64,000 nt of DNA from positions 960,001-1,024,000 of the forward strand of contig CBDCXV010000001.1 of the NCBI GenBank assembly GCA_965223905.1, written 5' to 3'. The notes under the pieces were generated by a model. The model did no database searches, was not told the DNA's origin, and saw only the letters and a list, made by a program, of their open reading frames with translations. A program made the position numbers and the translations under genes. The DNA comes from Candidatus Latescibacterota bacterium. GTDB lineage: Bacteria; Latescibacterota; UBA2968; UBA8231. This document shows, in pieces, positions 60,229-64,000 of the stretch. Positions within the stretch are counted from its first letter, which is position 1; the number at the start of each line of letters is the position of its first letter.

Positions 60229-62058
60229 TCAAGACTTCGGAGTGGCCTCGGCTTCGCCGGCAGCAGGTTCGCCGCCCTCCCCCCAGCTTTCCATCTCCTC
60301 GTCCTGATCGTCCGCCACGTCATCGATCGCCACCTCCTTCACCGGATGGCGGCTCAGGTAGGCGTCGACTTCGGACTGGTCCTTGTCCTTGAGGTAGGCG
60401 AGCACGCTGAGCACCATCTTCTTCTGCTCCTCGTCGAACTCGATAACCTTCAGCGGCAGCTCCTGCTCGACCTCGAAGCACTGCCTGGGTGTCTGCAGGT
60501 TCTCGATGCCGAGCTGCGAAAGGGGCACGAAACCGTCGACGTCGTGATCGAGGCCGACGACCACGCCGCGCTCGAGAACGCGCGAGATCTTGCCGGTCGT
60601 CGAAGTTCCCATGGCGTACAGCTCCGCCAGCTTCGGCCATGAATTCTCCAGGGCGAGCTTGTGGCTGAGCGAGATCCGCCTCCTCTTCTTGTCGACCTCG
60701 GTGACGACTACGGGAATCACGTCTCCTTTCTTGAACATCTCGCTGGCCTGGCGAATCCGCCGGGTCCAGGACATGTCGGAGATGTGGACGAGCCCGTCGA
60801 TGCCCTCTTCGATCTCGACGAAGGCGCCGAAGTTGGTGAGGCTCTTGACCATGCCCTCGAGGCGCCTGCCCGGAGGGTAGTTGGTGTCGAGAACCTCCCA
60901 CGGGTCCGGGTCGGTCTGCTTCATCCCCAGGGAGATCTTCTGCGCTTCCTTGTCGAGCTTGAGGACTACGACTTCGACGAGGTCGCCGATGGAAACCAGC
61001 TTCGAGGGATGGCGCACGTGCTGGGTCCATGACATCTCGGAGATGTGGACGAGGCCTTCGACACCCTCCTCGAGCTCGACGAAGGCGCCGTAGTCGGTGA
61101 TGCTGACCACCTTGCCCTGGGTCTGCGTGCCTTCGGAGAAACGCTCGTCGATCATCTCCCAGGGGTGCGCCGTCAACTGCTTTAGCCCGAGGGAGATGCG
61201 CTCGCGCTCGCGGTCGTAGTTGAGGACCTTGACCTTGATGCGGTCGCCGATCGAGACCATCTCGGAGGGATGGCTGACGCGGCCCCACGACATGTCGGTG
61301 ATGTGCAGCAGGCCGTCGATGCCCCCCAGGTCGATGAAGGCGCCGAAATCGGTGATGTTCTTTACTACCCCTTCGCGCACCTGTCCCTCTTCGAGCTCCT
61401 TGATGATTTCCCGGCGCAGCCGCTCGCGCTCTTCCTCGAGCACGGCGCGGCGCGAGACGACGATGTTGCGGCGCGTCTTGTTGAGCTTGATGATTTTGAA
61501 ATCGAACTGCTGGCCGAGGAACTGGTCGAAGTTCTTGACCTGCCGTATGTCGATCTGCGAACCGGGCAGGAAGGCCTCGACCCCGAAAAGGTCGACGACG
61601 ATGCCCCCCTTGATCCGTCGCATCAGCTTTCCCTTTACCGTCGTGCCTGCGTCGTGGGAGTCCTTGATCTCGTTCCAGACGCGCATAAAGTCCGCCTTCT
61701 GCTTCGAGAGCACGACGCGGCCCTCGAGGTCTTCGACGTTCTCGAGGAAGACCTCCACCTCGTTGCCTATGGCGATCGCCTCCGGATCGGAGAACTCCCT
61801 GATCGAAATGGCCCCTTCCGACTTGAAGCCGATGTCGACCAGCACCTCCTGCGGGTGGATGCCGACGACGCGGCCCTGTACGATCTCCCCTTCGTTCTTG
61901 CCGGAAAAGCTCTCGTCGTACATTGCCGTGAACTCCTGCATCTGCTCCTCGGAGTACTCCGGCGTATCGAGGTCCTCGACTCTAATGTTCCCGTACTGCG
62001 GTTTTTCGGGGCTGCCGGGAACCTCTTCCACGGTAGCCGCCGGTGTTTCGTCCAACAT
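60229..62058 (-). CDS. rpsA: 30S ribosomal protein S1
   Basis: Six S1 repeats; DIGFKSEG, AFLPGSQID, DGLLHITDMSW. Confidence 0.97.
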   Translation of the reverse strand: MLDETPAATVEEVPGSPEKPQYGNIRVEDLDTPEYSEEQMQEFTAMYDESFSGKNEGEIVQGRVVGIHPQEVLVDIGFKSEGAISIREFSDPEAIAIGNEVEVFLENVEDLEGRVVLSKQKADFMRVWNEIKDSHDAGTTVKGKLMRRIKGGIVVDLFGVEAFLPGSQIDIRQVKNFDQFLGQQFDFKIIKLNKTRRNIVVSRRAVLEEERERLRREIIKELEEGQVREGVVKNITDFGAFIDLGGIDGLLHITDMSWGRVSHPSEMVSIGDRIKVKVLNYDRERERISLGLKQLTAHPWEMIDERFSEGTQTQGKVVSITDYGAFVELEEGVEGLVHISEMSWTQHVRHPSKLVSIGDLVEVVVLKLDKEAQKISLGMKQTDPDPWEVLDTNYPPGRRLEGMVKSLTNFGAFVEIEEGIDGLVHISDMSWTRRIRQASEMFKKGDVIPVVVTEVDKKRRRISLSHKLALENSWPKLAELYAMGTSTTGKISRVLERGVVVGLDHDVDGFVPLSQLGIENLQTPRQCFEVEQELPLKVIEFDEEQKKMVLSVLAYLKDKDQSEVDAYLSRHPVKEVAIDDVADDQDEEMESWGEGGEPAAGEAEATPKS

Positions 62059-62098
62059 GGTGGTCTATTCCTTTCGGTTTTTTTGTTCCTGAATGCAG

Positions 62099-62770
62099 CT
62101 ACACGCCGCGCTCGTGCGCCAAGGCAACGATGCGGCCGACCTGCTGTTCGATGGACATGCCCGTCGTATCCAGTACGACGGTATCGCCGCCGTGTGCGGC
62201 GCCGTATTCCCGCTGCGAATCCTCGCGGTCGCGGGTGCGAATGTCTGCAGTCACCTGCCCCAGAGTAGTGCTCACCCCCTTTTTTCTCAATTCCCGGAAG
62301 CGCCGCCGGGCCCGCTCCTCGAGATCGGCGGTCATGACGATCTTGAGATCGGCATCGGGAAAAACCACCGTGCCGGCATCGCGTCCATCGGCGACCACGC
62401 CGCCCGAGCGGCCCAGTCGTCGCTGGTGTTCGATGAGCGCCCGGCGCACCCGGGGCAAGTCGGCGAAGGCTCCCACGGTCCGTGTCACCTCCGGCCGGCG
62501 TATCTCGTCGCTGACGTCTTCCCCGTTGAGCATCATGCGTACTCCCACGCCCGAATCTTTGAAGGCGATGTCGAGTTCAGCTAGAAGCCGCTCGACGGCC
62601 TCGTCGCCGGGACGAATTCCCGCGCGCATCGCCGCCAGGGTCACGGCGCGGTAGAAAGCGCCGGTGTCGATGTGGCGGTAACCCAAAGCCTGCGCCACGG
62701 CGCGGGCCGTCGTCGTCTTGCCGGCACCGATGACCCCATCGACGGCGATGGTCAATCCCCTGGCGGCCAC
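62099..62770 (-). CDS. cmk: Cytidylate kinase
   Basis: IAVDG..GAGKTT, IDTGAFYRA, DGRDAGTVVFPDA, RD..D; start uncertain (GTG 62770). Confidence 0.9.
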   Translation of the reverse strand: MAARGLTIAVDGVIGAGKTTTARAVAQALGYRHIDTGAFYRAVTLAAMRAGIRPGDEAVERLLAELDIAFKDSGVGVRMMLNGEDVSDEIRRPEVTRTVGAFADLPRVRRALIEHQRRLGRSGGVVADGRDAGTVVFPDADLKIVMTADLEERARRRFRELRKKGVSTTLGQVTADIRTRDREDSQREYGAAHGGDTVVLDTTGMSIEQQVGRIVALAHERGV

Positions 62771-63513
62771 GGCTGAAGTTCTTCGCTGACCGGCAACCCC
62801 ACAAGGGATTTCAAACATCTTATTTCACCTTCCCGCAGCCGGCGGCATTCCCCGGGCTGCAGGTTGCCCGCGGTAAATCCGGCAAAGGCCTCGCGGTGCA
62901 AGCTCCTGACGCGGTGGCCGACGGCGGCGCACATCCGCTTGATCTGGTGTTTGCGCCCCTCGTGGACGCAAAGCTCGAGCTCGCAGAAAGGGCGCTCCGC
63001 TGAGGGCCGCGACACTATCCGCACCCGGGCCGGCGCCGTCATTCCGTCCTCGAGGAGCACCCCGGCCCGAAGCCGTTGCAGCGCCGCCGCGGACGGAACC
63101 CCCACCACGAGGGCGCAGTAGAGCTTTTCGACCTCGTAACGCGGATGCATCAGGCGATGGGCGAGCTCGCCGTCGTCGGTCAGCAGCAGCACCCCGGTCG
63201 TATCGCGGTCGAGGCGGCCGACGGCGACGGTAGCAGCGCGCACCTCTTCGAGACCCCCGAAAACAGTAGGCCGACCACCCCTGTCCCGGTGCGTCACCAG
63301 CGTGCCGGATTCCTTGTTGAGCAGCAGGTACTGCGAATCCTCCGGCAGCCGGACAAGGCGGCCATCGACCTCCACCCGGTCCTCTCCGCCGACCAGGCAG
63401 CCAGGAGCTGCCACGATCTCGCCGTTGACTCTCACCGCGCCGCGGCGGATGAGAATGTCGCTCTTGCGCCGCGAAGCGACGCCGGCGCGGGCCATGAACC
63501 GATTCAGCCGCAT
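62752..63513 (-). CDS. rluB: rRNA pseudouridine synthase (RsuA/RluB family)
   Basis: S4 domain (ASRRKS), VGRLDRDTTG, EGRKHQIKRM; follows scpB. Confidence 0.8.
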   Translation of the reverse strand: MRLNRFMARAGVASRRKSDILIRRGAVRVNGEIVAAPGCLVGGEDRVEVDGRLVRLPEDSQYLLLNKESGTLVTHRDRGGRPTVFGGLEEVRAATVAVGRLDRDTTGVLLLTDDGELAHRLMHPRYEVEKLYCALVVGVPSAAALQRLRAGVLLEDGMTAPARVRIVSRPSAERPFCELELCVHEGRKHQIKRMCAAVGHRVRSLHREAFAGFTAGNLQPGECRRLREGEIRCLKSLVGLPVSEELQPWPPGD

Positions 63514-63535
63514 TTGCAGGTACGCTGGGGCCCGG

Positions 63536-64000
63536 TTACCCCGCTTCTTCTCCCTCTTCGGGTTCTCCGGGCGCTTGTCCGTTCTCTTCCGCTACCGGTT
63601 CGGTGTCGCCGCCGGAGCCCGGCGCACCGCCCTCGTGCCCGGGACCGGGCGGCGCGGTTTCATCTCCGCTACCGGCGAGGGCGTGCCGGCGCGCCCCTTC
63701 GGCGAGCAGCTCTTCGAGCTCTTTCGGCTTCGGCAGATCGGGGAGCCCTTTGAGACCGAAGTGCACGAGGAATTCCCTGGTGGTGCCGAACAGCATCGGC
63801 CGCCCGATGCCTTCGGAACGGCCGACGATGCGCACCATGTCGACCTCGAGCAGGGTGCGCAGCACCCCGGCGGAGTCGACGCCGCGGACGCTGTCGATTT
63901 CCGCCCGAGTGACCGGCTGCTTGAAGGCGACGAGCGCCAGGGTCTCGAGGCCTGCCGGCGTGAGCCGCACCGGGCCCCTGTCCTGAAAGCGGCGCACCCA
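63536..64000 (-). CDS. scpB: SMC-Scp complex subunit ScpB (5' part outside the window)
   Basis: LETLALVAFKQPVTRAEIDSVRGV, GRPMLFGTTREFLVHFGL. Confidence 0.92.
   Translation of the reverse strand, partial: WVRRFQDRGPVRLTPAGLETLALVAFKQPVTRAEIDSVRGVDSAGVLRTLLEVDMVRIVGRSEGIGRPMLFGTTREFLVHFGLKGLPDLPKPKELEELLAEGARRHALAGSGDETAPPGPGHEGGAPGSGGDTEPVAEENGQAPGEPEEGEEAG

Overview
GC-rich bacterial window. The gene families (DUF6785 membrane protein, PhyH and enolase-superfamily paralogues, FlgD/T9SS-like C-terminal domain, cache-repeat remnant) suggest an FCB-group lineage such as Latescibacterota or Gemmatimonadota, possibly a sponge symbiont; this is inference only. 1-31 kb is accessory: an ECF sigma/anti-sigma/DUF4252 operon, sugar-acid catabolic enzymes, an ABC exporter, a RES-Xre toxin-antitoxin pair, a TonB-dependent receptor, two PhyH-like dioxygenases with an HxG metal motif, several gene remnants with an IS630 fragment, and an NAD salvage cluster (pncA, pncB, nadE). 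Two low-GC solitary genes flank nadE: a PD-(D/E)XK nuclease and a P-loop kinase-Nudix fusion. 31-64 kb is one minus-strand core block: scpB, rluB, cmk, rpsA, mutS, rlmB, lptD, dtd, maf, rodZ-like, priA, PorZ-like, a DUF4159/DUF4175/TPR/MoxR/DUF58 cluster, and sufBCDSUT-Rrf2. Best leads: the kinase-Nudix island (candidate nucleotide-depleting defence gene), a palindromic MITE read in frame inside the PorZ-like N-terminus with related elements that supply stop codons, the HxG dioxygenases, and an 84-bp duplication whose differences are all synonymous. No CRISPR array, rRNA or convincing tRNA was seen. All family calls come from motif recognition by eye, not database searches.
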